64,000 nt of DNA, taken from Burkholderiaceae bacterium (GTDB lineage Bacteria > Pseudomonadota > Gammaproteobacteria > Burkholderiales > Burkholderiaceae_C). The DNA lies in assembly GCA_041913905.1 (NCBI GenBank), contig JAYSEK010000024.1:2862-66861 (forward strand), in the 5' to 3' direction. Positions 8,649-16,807 of the stretch are shown here, one piece after another. The number at the start of each line of letters is the position of its first letter. The first letter of the stretch is position 1. A program made the position numbers and the translations under genes. Below the pieces are notes generated by a model that saw only the letters and a program-made list of their open reading frames with translations, was not told the origin of the DNA and ran no database searches.

Positions 8649-8684
8649 AGCCCGCTGCGTGCACTGCACCGGCGGGCTTTTTGT
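8649..8684 (+). terminator. Rho-independent terminator after cheZ
   Basis: AGCCCGC...GCGGGCT stem followed by TTTTTGT. Confidence 0.75.
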
Positions 8685-8815
8685 CGCCCGGACATCCTTG
8701 CGCCGCGGGCTGGAATGACGGGGTGATTCCCGCCGCTTATCCGGCTTAAGTTCCCAGGCCTTGCCGCCAAGAATGACGTCATCCCCCGGACTGTCCCGTC
8801 CGGAGGCATGACGCC

Positions 8816-9994
8816 ATGGCAGACCAAGACGCACAGGACCGCAACTTACCGGCATCGGCCAAGAAGATCAAACGATCTCGCGCCGAGGGCCAGCTGCCGC
8901 GTTCACGCGACCTGCCGCACTTCGCGATGCTGGTGAGCGCCGGCGCCTTGCTGTCAGCCGGTGCGCCGCAAGCCCTGGACTGGCTGCAGAAGCTGCTGCA
9001 GCACGGCCTTCGCTTCGATGCCCAGTTGCTGCAGCGCCCCGGCTTCATGGGCGAGCGTCTGGGTGAGTTGACGATGCAGGCGCTGATCTTCCTGCTGCCA
9101 GTTTGCGGCCTGCTGATGCTGGTGGCCGTTGCGGCCAACGTGGCGGCGGGCGGATGGAACTGGACGCTCAAGCCCTTGACGCCGCGTTTCGAGCATCTGA
9201 ACCCCTTGCAAGGTCTGGCCCGCCTGTTCCAGTGGCAGCACCTGGGCCAGGCGCTCAAGGCCGTGCTGCTGGCCCTGGTGCTGGGCGGTGTGGGGGCGCT
9301 GGTGCTCAAGGACCGCGTCGCGGCCTATGTGGGCATCATGTCCGTGCCGCTGCCCGGCGCCATCGCCTATGCCGGCCAGCAGCTGATGCAAGGCCTGGCC
9401 CTGCTGGGCCTGGCCTTGGCGCTCTTCGCCGTGATCGACGTGCCGCTGCAGCGCCACCTCTACCTCAAGCGCCTGCGCATGAGCCGCGAGGAGGCCAAGC
9501 AGGAGATGAAGGAGATCGAGGGCAACCTCGAGATGAAGGGGAAGATGCGCGCCCGCATGCGAGAGATGGCCAAGCGCCGCATGATGGCTGCCGTGCCTAA
9601 CGCCGATCTGGTGGTGATGAATCCCACCCACTACGCGGTCGCGCTCAAGTACGACGAGGGCAGCATGGCCGCGCCCAAGGTCGTGGCCAAGGGCACGGAC
9701 CTGCTGGCCTTGCGCATCCGTGATCTGGCCCAGTCCTCCAAGGTGCCGGTGCTGCAGTCGCCCATGCTGGCCCGCGCGCTCTATGCGCATGCCGAGCTGG
9801 ACCGCGAGATCCCCGCCGCCCTGTTTGCCGCCGTGGCGCAGGTGCTGGCCTATGTGTACCAGCTCAAGGCGGCCATGGCCGGCCGCGGGCAGGCGCCCAC
9901 CGAGCTGCCGGATCCGCAGGTGCCGGCCGAGCTGGACCCGCACAACAAGCCGCATCGCCCGGTCGATGCCGATCTTCTGGAGGATGAGGCATGA
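8816..9994 (+). CDS. flhB: Flagellar export apparatus protein FlhB (392 aa)
   Basis: N-terminus DRNLPASAKKIKRSRAEGQLPRSRDL. Autocleavage-site context VVMNPTHYAVALKY (NPTH). GGAGG RBS. Confidence 0.93.
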   Translation: MADQDAQDRNLPASAKKIKRSRAEGQLPRSRDLPHFAMLVSAGALLSAGAPQALDWLQKLLQHGLRFDAQLLQRPGFMGERLGELTMQALIFLLPVCGLLMLVAVAANVAAGGWNWTLKPLTPRFEHLNPLQGLARLFQWQHLGQALKAVLLALVLGGVGALVLKDRVAAYVGIMSVPLPGAIAYAGQQLMQGLALLGLALALFAVIDVPLQRHLYLKRLRMSREEAKQEMKEIEGNLEMKGKMRARMREMAKRRMMAAVPNADLVVMNPTHYAVALKYDEGSMAAPKVVAKGTDLLALRIRDLAQSSKVPVLQSPMLARALYAHAELDREIPAALFAAVAQVLAYVYQLKAAMAGRGQAPTELPDPQVPAELDPHNKPHRPVDADLLEDEA

Positions 9995-12081
9995 ACGCCC
10001 TGATGGCTCAGTTGCAGGCCATGCTGGGGCCGCGCGCGCAGATCGTCGGCGCCTTGGGTGCGCCCATCGCCATCATCATGATCCTGTCCATGATGGTGCT
10101 GCCGCTGCCGCCCTTCGTGCTGGATCTGCTCTTCACCTTCAACATCGCCATGGCCGTCATGGTGATGATGGTGGCGGCGCACATGCTCAAGCCGCTGGAC
10201 TTCGCGGCCTTTCCGACGGTGCTGCTGCTGACCACGCTGATGCGCCTGTCGCTGAACGTGGCCTCCACCCGCGTGGTGCTGCTGCAAGGCCATACCGGAA
10301 CCGGCGCGGCGGGTCGCGTGATCGAGTCCTTCGGCCACTTCCTCATCGGTGGCAACTTCGCGGTCGGCCTGATCGTGTTCGCCATCCTGGTGGTCATCAA
10401 CTTCATCGTGGTCACCAAGGGTGCCGAGCGCATCGCCGAGGTGGGAGCCCGCTTCACCCTGGACGCCATGCCCGGCAAGCAGATGGCGGTGGACGCCGAC
10501 CTCAACGCCGGTCTCATCGACGAGAAGGAAGCCAAGCGCCGGCGTGCCGAACTCAGCGACGAAGCCGACTTCTTCGGCTCCATGGACGGTGCCAGCAAGT
10601 TCGTGCGCGGCGATGCCGTCGCGGGCATCCTGATCCTGTTCATCAACATCATCGGCGGCTTCATCATCGGCGTGGCCCAGCATGGCCTGTCGGCCGGCCA
10701 GGCCGCCGACTCCTACATCCTGCTGGCCGTCGGCGACGCGCTGGTGGCCCAGGTTCCGGCGCTGCTGATCTCGGTGGCCGCGGCCATGGTGGTCTCGCGC
10801 GTGGGCAAGGACAAGGACATCGGTTCCATGATCGGCCGCCAGGTCTTCGGCTCGGCCAAGAGCCTGGCCATCACCGCGGGCGTGATCGGCATGCTGGGCC
10901 TGATTCCAGGCATGCCGCATGTGGTCTTCCTGCTGATTGCCTCGCTGCTGGGCTACATGGCCTGGTGGCTCAAGCGCAAGGAGCAGGTCGCGCAGGCGGC
11001 CAAGGCCGAAGTCGTGCCTGCGCCGGTGGTCGAGTCCAACGGCGAGGCCAGCTGGGACGACCTGCAGCCGGTGGATGTGCTGGGGCTGGAAGTCGGCTAT
11101 CGCCTGATCACCTTGGTGGACAAGACCAAGGAGGGCGACCTGCTCTCGCGCATCAAGGGCGTGCGGCGCAAGTTCGCGCAGGAGGTGGGCTTCCTGCCGC
11201 CGGCCGTGCATATCCGCGACAACCTGGAGCTGCGCCCCAGTCAGTATCGACTGATCCTGCGTGGCGCCGTCATCGGCGAGGCCGAGGCCTATCCCGGCAT
11301 GTGGCTGGCGATCAACCCCGGCCATGCGACGCAGAAGCTGATCGGCACCGCCACCACCGACCCCGCCTTCGGCCTGCCCGCCACCTGGATCGAGGAGCGC
11401 CAGCGGGAAATGGCCCAAATGGCCGGATTTACGGTGGTTGATTGCTCGACCGTCATCGCCACCCATCTTTCACACTTGATGCAAGTCCACGCGGCCCGTC
11501 TCCTGGGGCGGGTGGAGACGCAGCAGCTGGTGGACCACCTCACCAAGCAGCAACCCCAGTTGATCGAAGACGTGATCCCCAAGATGGTCGGCATCGCCAC
11601 ACTGCAGAAGGTTCTCCAGTTCCTGCTGGAGGAGGGTGTGCACATCCGCGACATGCGCTCCATCGTCGAGTCCATCGCGGAGAACGGCGCGAGCACCACC
11701 GATCCGGTCGAGCTGGGCCGCCGCGTGCGCGTGCACATCGCCCCGGCCATCGTCCAGCAGATCTACGGCCCGGTGAAGGAGCTGGATGTGATCGCGCTGG
11801 AACCCGAACTGGAACGCCTGGTGACGCAGGCCCTGAATTCGCCGCATGGTGCGGCCCTGGACCCCGGCGTGGCCGACACCCTGGCCCGCAGCGCGGCCGA
11901 GCAGAGCCAGGCCCAGGAGGACCGCGGCGTGCCCGCCTGCCTGCTGGTGCCCGACCTGATTCGCGCGCCCCTGGCGCGCCTGCTGCGCCGTGCCGCCCCG
12001 CGCCTGAAAGTGCTGGGCCACAGCGAGATTCCCGAGACCCACTCGATCCGCATCGGATCCATCATCGGAGCTGCCGCATGA
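9991..12081 (+). CDS. flhA: Flagellar export apparatus protein FlhA (696 aa)
   Basis: FHIPEP family: FPTVLLLTTLMRLSLNVASTRVVL, ERIAEVGARFTLDAMPGKQMAVDADLNAGLI, SMDGASKFVRGDAVAGI. ATGA overlap with the flhB stop. Confidence 0.95.
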   Translation: MNALMAQLQAMLGPRAQIVGALGAPIAIIMILSMMVLPLPPFVLDLLFTFNIAMAVMVMMVAAHMLKPLDFAAFPTVLLLTTLMRLSLNVASTRVVLLQGHTGTGAAGRVIESFGHFLIGGNFAVGLIVFAILVVINFIVVTKGAERIAEVGARFTLDAMPGKQMAVDADLNAGLIDEKEAKRRRAELSDEADFFGSMDGASKFVRGDAVAGILILFINIIGGFIIGVAQHGLSAGQAADSYILLAVGDALVAQVPALLISVAAAMVVSRVGKDKDIGSMIGRQVFGSAKSLAITAGVIGMLGLIPGMPHVVFLLIASLLGYMAWWLKRKEQVAQAAKAEVVPAPVVESNGEASWDDLQPVDVLGLEVGYRLITLVDKTKEGDLLSRIKGVRRKFAQEVGFLPPAVHIRDNLELRPSQYRLILRGAVIGEAEAYPGMWLAINPGHATQKLIGTATTDPAFGLPATWIEERQREMAQMAGFTVVDCSTVIATHLSHLMQVHAARLLGRVETQQLVDHLTKQQPQLIEDVIPKMVGIATLQKVLQFLLEEGVHIRDMRSIVESIAENGASTTDPVELGRRVRVHIAPAIVQQIYGPVKELDVIALEPELERLVTQALNSPHGAALDPGVADTLARSAAEQSQAQEDRGVPACLLVPDLIRAPLARLLRRAAPRLKVLGHSEIPETHSIRIGSIIGAAA

Positions 12082-12127
12082 GCGCGCGACCGGTGGGGGC
12101 TGATGCCCAGCCTTGTCTGGAGGCCGC

Positions 12128-13765
12128 ATGAACGTCAAACGCTTTACCGCCCGCACGTCCCGCGAGGCGCTCGCGCTGGTGCGCCAGGCCTTTGGCGACG
12201 ACGCCGTCGTGCTGTCCAACAAGCCCAGCGCCGAAGGCGTGGAAGTGCTGGCCATGGCACCGGAAGGCATGAAGCAGATCGAGCGCGTGGCGGCCACCGC
12301 GCCGCGCGTCGAGGCGCGCGCCCCGGCCCGCGTGCAGGCCCGGCCGGCCCCGGCGCCCGTGCCCACCATGGCCGGCAGCGCCCGCCTGGCACAGCGCGCC
12401 GCTGAACGCAACGAACGCAACGAGCCCAGCTTCGGCCCACCGGTCGAGGACGATGTGCAGACCCTGGCCATGAGCACGCTGAGTTTCCAGGACTACGTCC
12501 GCGAGCGCATGCTCAAGCGCCGCCAGGCCGAGCTCAACGGCCAGCCCGATCCCCTGAGCGGGGCCCAGCCGGCTCCCGAACTGCCCAGCGCCGAAAGCCT
12601 GGCCAGCATGGCCGCGGCACGGCAGCAGCGCGCGCAGTCCGCCATGCAGACCCTGGGCGCGCGTCGGCTGGAGACGCCCGCAGCAGCGCCTGCCGAGCCC
12701 GTGCGTCGCAGTCCGCCGGTCCTGCGTGACGAGATCCGCCTCTCCGCCGAACAACGGCCGATGCCCCAGCTGTCCGAGCTGCCGGGCAATGCACGCCGCG
12801 ACCAGCAGGACATGATGAACGAGCTGCGCTCGATGAAAGGCCTGATCGAAGAGCGCTTCGGCGCTCTGGCCTTCATGGAAAAGCTGCAGCGCCAGCCGGT
12901 GCAGGCCCGGCTGACCCAGCGCCTGCTGGACGTCGGCTTTTCGCCGGCCCTGGTGCGCAAGCTGGTCGAAGGCTGCCCGGCCCATCTGGAAAGCAAGGAA
13001 GGCGCAGACGAAACCCAGTGGGCGGCGCAGGTGCTGGCCCGCAACCTGGTCACCGACGAGATGAACCCGCCGCTGGAAGAGCAGGGTGGTGTCTTTGCGC
13101 TGATCGGCTCCACCGGCGTGGGCAAGACCACCACCACGGCCAAGATCGCCGCCGCCTTTGCCACGCGCCATGGCGCCTCGCAGCTGGGCTTGATCACGCT
13201 GGATGCCTACCGCGTCGGCGCGCATGAGCAGCTGCGCGCCTACGGCCGCATCCTGGGCGTGCCGGTGCACACGGCCCACGACCGAGCCTCGCTGGAGGAC
13301 TTGCTGGAGCTGCTGTCGGGCAAGAAGATGGTGCTGATCGACACCGCCGGCATGGCCCAGCGCGACAGCCGCACCCACGAGTTGCTGGAGATGCTGGCCC
13401 ATCCGAGCATCCGCCGCATCCTGGTGGTCAATGCTGCGCAGCAGGGCGAGACCATCGAGGACGTGGCCGGCGCCTGGCGCGCCAATACCTGCCAGGGCGT
13501 GGTGCTGTCCAAGATCGACGAGGCCGTGAAGCTGGCGCCTGCGCTGGACACCATGATTCGCCATCGTCTGCGAATTATTGGCGTTGCCAATGGGCAGCGC
13601 GTGCCGGAAGATTGGCATCGCCTGTCGGCACAGGCCCTGGTGCAGCGCGCGCTGCGCAGCCAGGCCCATGCCGCTTGGCGCATGGACAGCGCCGATGTGA
13701 ACCTGATCTTTGCCGGAGGCCCCGCGCAGGCCTTCGTGCAGCACTCGGCCCCGGGCGTGCACTGA
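12128..13765 (+). CDS. flhF: SRP-type GTPase FlhF (545 aa)
   Basis: N-terminus MNVKRFTARTSREALALVRQAFGDDAVVLS. G-domain motifs ALIGSTGVGKTTTTAKIA, LIDTAGMAQRD, GVVLSKIDE. Long Ala/Pro-rich linker. GGAGG lies before the ATG at 12128. Confidence 0.9.
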   Translation: MNVKRFTARTSREALALVRQAFGDDAVVLSNKPSAEGVEVLAMAPEGMKQIERVAATAPRVEARAPARVQARPAPAPVPTMAGSARLAQRAAERNERNEPSFGPPVEDDVQTLAMSTLSFQDYVRERMLKRRQAELNGQPDPLSGAQPAPELPSAESLASMAAARQQRAQSAMQTLGARRLETPAAAPAEPVRRSPPVLRDEIRLSAEQRPMPQLSELPGNARRDQQDMMNELRSMKGLIEERFGALAFMEKLQRQPVQARLTQRLLDVGFSPALVRKLVEGCPAHLESKEGADETQWAAQVLARNLVTDEMNPPLEEQGGVFALIGSTGVGKTTTTAKIAAAFATRHGASQLGLITLDAYRVGAHEQLRAYGRILGVPVHTAHDRASLEDLLELLSGKKMVLIDTAGMAQRDSRTHELLEMLAHPSIRRILVVNAAQQGETIEDVAGAWRANTCQGVVLSKIDEAVKLAPALDTMIRHRLRIIGVANGQRVPEDWHRLSAQALVQRALRSQAHAAWRMDSADVNLIFAGGPAQAFVQHSAPGVH

Positions 13766-13824
13766 GCCGCCGCCCCGCCATCGAACACATCGACAAGAAC
13801 AGCGAGACCTGCAGCGAGACCCCC

Positions 13825-14631
13825 ATGCGCGAGCCCCTCAGCAAGACCCCGCAAGACCAGGCCGACGGCCTGCGAAAGCTCTTCAGCGCCTCCCGGGTCC
13901 GCTTCGTTCCCGTGGTGAGCAACCCGGAGGTGCTGGAATCCGGCGTGCTGCTGGAAGGCCTGTGCGCGGCGTTCTCCGAGATGGCGCTGCAGACCCTGGT
14001 GGTCGACGCGGGCGAGCTGTCGCCGCCGGCCTCCGAGATGGCGGCCGTCGACCTCTCGGCCTGCGTGGAGCGGCTGTCTCGTCAGGTGAGCTACCTGGCC
14101 GCGCGCGGCCTGCCGCTGCGCTATATCAACGCCAACGGTTCGGCCGCGGAATTCCTGCAGGCCTTGTGCGAGGCGGCGCCGCAGGCCGACGTGATGATCC
14201 TGCATGCGCCGGCCGCCGAGCTGGCGCGCGTGCTGAACTCCCGCGAGATGCGGCCCGTGCTGCTGGCCGATACCGATGCCCGCAGCGTGACCCAGGCCTA
14301 CGCCGGCATGAAGTGGCTCAGCCAGCGTGCGGGGCTCATGGTCTACAGCCTCTTGATGGCCTGCCATCCGCAGCTGCGCCTGGCGGAGCGCATCGCCCAG
14401 CAGATCAGCAGCTGCGGCGATGGCTTCCTGGGCGCGGTGCTGCGCGACTGGGCCTGCATGGATCCCCGCACGCCGCCCACGGCGCCGCTGTCGCCCGAGG
14501 TGCGGCATCTGGCGCGTGAGCTCCTGGCGGCCGTGCCTCAGGGTGTTGCGCCGGACTCGACGCTGGACGCCCGCCCGCTGCGGCCCCTGGTGAATCTCCG
14601 TCCGGCGCGGCCGGCGGTGGCCGCCAACTGA
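13825..14631 (+). CDS. flhG: FlhG/FleN-like protein lacking the deviant Walker A P-loop (268 aa)
   Basis: It holds the flhG position between flhF and fliA. The N-terminal DQADGLRKLF matches the FlhG DQAxxLR activator motif. LVVDAG sits at the llDAD position. VVSNPEVLESG replaces the expected GKGGVGK(T/S), and there is no GK[ST] anywhere in the protein. Confidence 0.6.
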   Translation: MREPLSKTPQDQADGLRKLFSASRVRFVPVVSNPEVLESGVLLEGLCAAFSEMALQTLVVDAGELSPPASEMAAVDLSACVERLSRQVSYLAARGLPLRYINANGSAAEFLQALCEAAPQADVMILHAPAAELARVLNSREMRPVLLADTDARSVTQAYAGMKWLSQRAGLMVYSLLMACHPQLRLAERIAQQISSCGDGFLGAVLRDWACMDPRTPPTAPLSPEVRHLARELLAAVPQGVAPDSTLDARPLRPLVNLRPARPAVAAN

Positions 14632-14648
14632 TGTTGCAGGAGCTGAAG

Positions 14649-15362
14649 ATGTATACCGCCAAAGGCCGCCTCGACAACGCTGCGCTGATCCAGCAATACA
14701 GCGGTCTGGTCCGACGCCTGGCCCATCAGATGATCGCCAAGCTGCCGGCCAACGTGGAGCTGGACGACTTGATCCAGGTCGGCTTGATCGGTCTCACGGA
14801 CGCGCTGTCTCGATTTGATGTGGCGCAAGGCGTGCAGTTCGAGACCTTTGCGACGCAGCGCATCCGCGGTGCCATGCTGGACGAACTGCGCGGCGGCGAT
14901 TGGATGAGCCGCGGCACGCGCCGCCAGCAGCGTTCGATCGAGACCGCCGTGCACAAGCTCGAACAGCGCCTGGGGCGGGCGCCGCAGGAGTCCGAGATTG
15001 CCGCCGAGATGGGCATCAGCCTCGGCGAGTACCAGGAGCTGCTGTCCAAGGTGCGGGGCACGCAGCTGGTCTACCTGGAGGACATGAGCGGCGACGAAGG
15101 CGATGACGACTATCTCGACCGCCATGTGGTCGACGAGAGCAACAACCCCATGGCCTTGCTGCAGGATCACCGCATGCGCGAGGCCCTGGTCGCGGCCATC
15201 AAGAACCTGCCCGAGCGTGAACAGTACGTGATGAGCATGTACTACGAGCACGACATGAACCTCAAGGAAATCGCGGCGGTGCTCAAGGTCACGGAGTCGC
15301 GGGTCTGCCAACTGCACAGTCAGGCGATTGCCCGCTTGCGTGTGAAGCTGCGCGACTGGTAA
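14649..15362 (+). CDS. fliA: Flagellar sigma factor FliA (sigma-28), 237 aa
   Basis: Sigma-70 family regions 2-4: DLIQVGLIGLTDALSRFD, FETFATQRIRGAMLDELR, NLKEIAAVLKVTESRVCQLHSQAIARLR. AGGAG lies 6 nt before the ATG at 14649 (alternative ATG at 14631). Confidence 0.92.
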   Translation: MYTAKGRLDNAALIQQYSGLVRRLAHQMIAKLPANVELDDLIQVGLIGLTDALSRFDVAQGVQFETFATQRIRGAMLDELRGGDWMSRGTRRQQRSIETAVHKLEQRLGRAPQESEIAAEMGISLGEYQELLSKVRGTQLVYLEDMSGDEGDDDYLDRHVVDESNNPMALLQDHRMREALVAAIKNLPEREQYVMSMYYEHDMNLKEIAAVLKVTESRVCQLHSQAIARLRVKLRDW

Positions 15363-15405
15363 AACTTCCCCCGAGCGGCCAAGTCCGGCCGGGAGAGGAA
15401 TCCGC

Positions 15406-16770
15406 ATGAAGTCCTGGTGGCAGTCCGGCTCGCACGAGCGAGAGCCGGCGGAACCTGCATCGACCATCGAGCCCGGCAGCAAGGCCTCAGACGCGCGGGC
15501 CTTGGTGCAGTCGCTGGCCCAGCCGGTCTCGAATCTGGGACGTGACGCCGCCGAGGTCCGCGGCGCGCTGGAAGACACCCAGAAGGTTGTGGTGGCGCAG
15601 CGCGAGGCCATGCAGGCGCTCGGCCAGGAGCTTCAGCAGGTGCAGCGCGCCCAGCAAGGCATTGCCGAGGCCACCTCGCAGTCCATCGCCGCCGTGGCGC
15701 AGGCGCGCGAGGCGCTGCACAACATCGCGGCGGAAGTCGGCGGCATCGTGCAGACGCTGCGGCAGGTGTCCGACGCCGCGTCCGAGATCACCCAGATCGC
15801 GCTGCAGACGCGGCTGGTGGCCTTCAACGCCTCGGTGGAAGCCAAGCGCGCCGGCGAGGCGGGGCGGGGCTTCGGCGTGGTGGCCGATGCCGTCAAGGAT
15901 CTGGCAGCCAAGGTCGAGCAGAGCTCCAAGGCCATCATGGGGACCGTCGGTGCCCTGGATGCGCGTGTCGACAGCTTCAGCCGCGAGCTCAGCAGCGAAG
16001 GGCGCCAGGCCCAGGACCGCAGCAGCATCCATGCCGCCTTCGGCACCGTGCAGGCGGATGTGCAGCGCATCGCCAACGCCGCCGACCAGAGCCAGCAGAC
16101 CACCGCCGCCCTGGCCGGCCGGGCCGCTGAGCTGGGCAGCGAGGTTGCCCTGGCCCTGCAGCACCTGGAGGCGGCCTTCGCCTGCAGCGACCGCTTCCTG
16201 CGGCTTTCCGAAGACCTGATCGAGCGCATCGCCTCCTCGGGTGTGCGGGTGGATGACGCGCTCTACATCGAGGGCGCGCAGCGCGCCGCACAGGAAATCG
16301 CCCAGCTGATGGAGCAGGCGCTGAAGGAGCGCCGCATCACGCTCGCCGACCTCTTCGACGAGCATTACCAGCCGCTGCCCGGCACCAACCCCCAGCAGCA
16401 CAGCGCCCGCTTCTGCGAGCTGGCCGACCAGCTGTTGCCGCAGGTGCAGGAGCGCATGCTGCAGCTCTCGAACAAGGTGGTCTACTGCATTGCCGTGGAC
16501 CGCAACGGCTACGTGCCCACGCACAACCGCAAGTACTGCCAGCCCCAGCGGCCGGGAGATGTGGTCTGGAACACGGCCAACAGCCGCTATCGGCGCATCT
16601 TCAACGACCGCACGGGCCTGGCCTCGGCGCGCAACCAGCGGCCCTTTCTGCTGCAGACCTACCGGCGCGACATGGGCGGCGGGCGCTTCGTGCTGCTGAA
16701 GGAAGCCTCGGCACCCATCATGGTGCAGGGCCGGCACTGGGGCGGCGTGCGCCTGGCCTTCAGCTTCTGA
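15406..16770 (+). CDS. Soluble MCP-like protein: N-terminal signalling (hairpin) domain plus an unassigned C-terminal domain (454 aa)
   Basis: MCP hairpin tip ITQIALQTRLVAFNASVEAKRAGEAGRGFGVVADAVKDLAAKVEQSS. No hydrophobic TM segment and no HAMP. C-terminal ~170 aa (VYCIAVDRNGYVPTHNRKYCQPQ...SRYRRIFNDRTG...LLQTYRRDMGGG...PIMVQGRHWGGVRLAFSF) I cannot assign to a named family. Starts 44 nt after fliA. Confidence 0.8.
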   Translation: MKSWWQSGSHEREPAEPASTIEPGSKASDARALVQSLAQPVSNLGRDAAEVRGALEDTQKVVVAQREAMQALGQELQQVQRAQQGIAEATSQSIAAVAQAREALHNIAAEVGGIVQTLRQVSDAASEITQIALQTRLVAFNASVEAKRAGEAGRGFGVVADAVKDLAAKVEQSSKAIMGTVGALDARVDSFSRELSSEGRQAQDRSSIHAAFGTVQADVQRIANAADQSQQTTAALAGRAAELGSEVALALQHLEAAFACSDRFLRLSEDLIERIASSGVRVDDALYIEGAQRAAQEIAQLMEQALKERRITLADLFDEHYQPLPGTNPQQHSARFCELADQLLPQVQERMLQLSNKVVYCIAVDRNGYVPTHNRKYCQPQRPGDVVWNTANSRYRRIFNDRTGLASARNQRPFLLQTYRRDMGGGRFVLLKEASAPIMVQGRHWGGVRLAFSF

Positions 16771-16807
16771 ACGGCGCTGCGCACGGGCGAGCGCCTGGGC
16801 CGCTCGA

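Noticed and set aside
9720-11441. 573-aa plus-strand ORF overlapping flhB and flhA out of frame
   Set aside because: It is an alternative frame of bona fide flhA. The Arg/Pro/Gly-rich translation is typical of off-frame reading in GC-rich DNA.
14266-14273. GCCGATAC inside the flhG-like gene as a possible sigma-28 promoter for fliA
   Set aside because: There is no TCAAG/TAAAG element at the required 14-15-nt spacing upstream, and it lies ~375 nt from the fliA start. It is probably a chance match within coding sequence.
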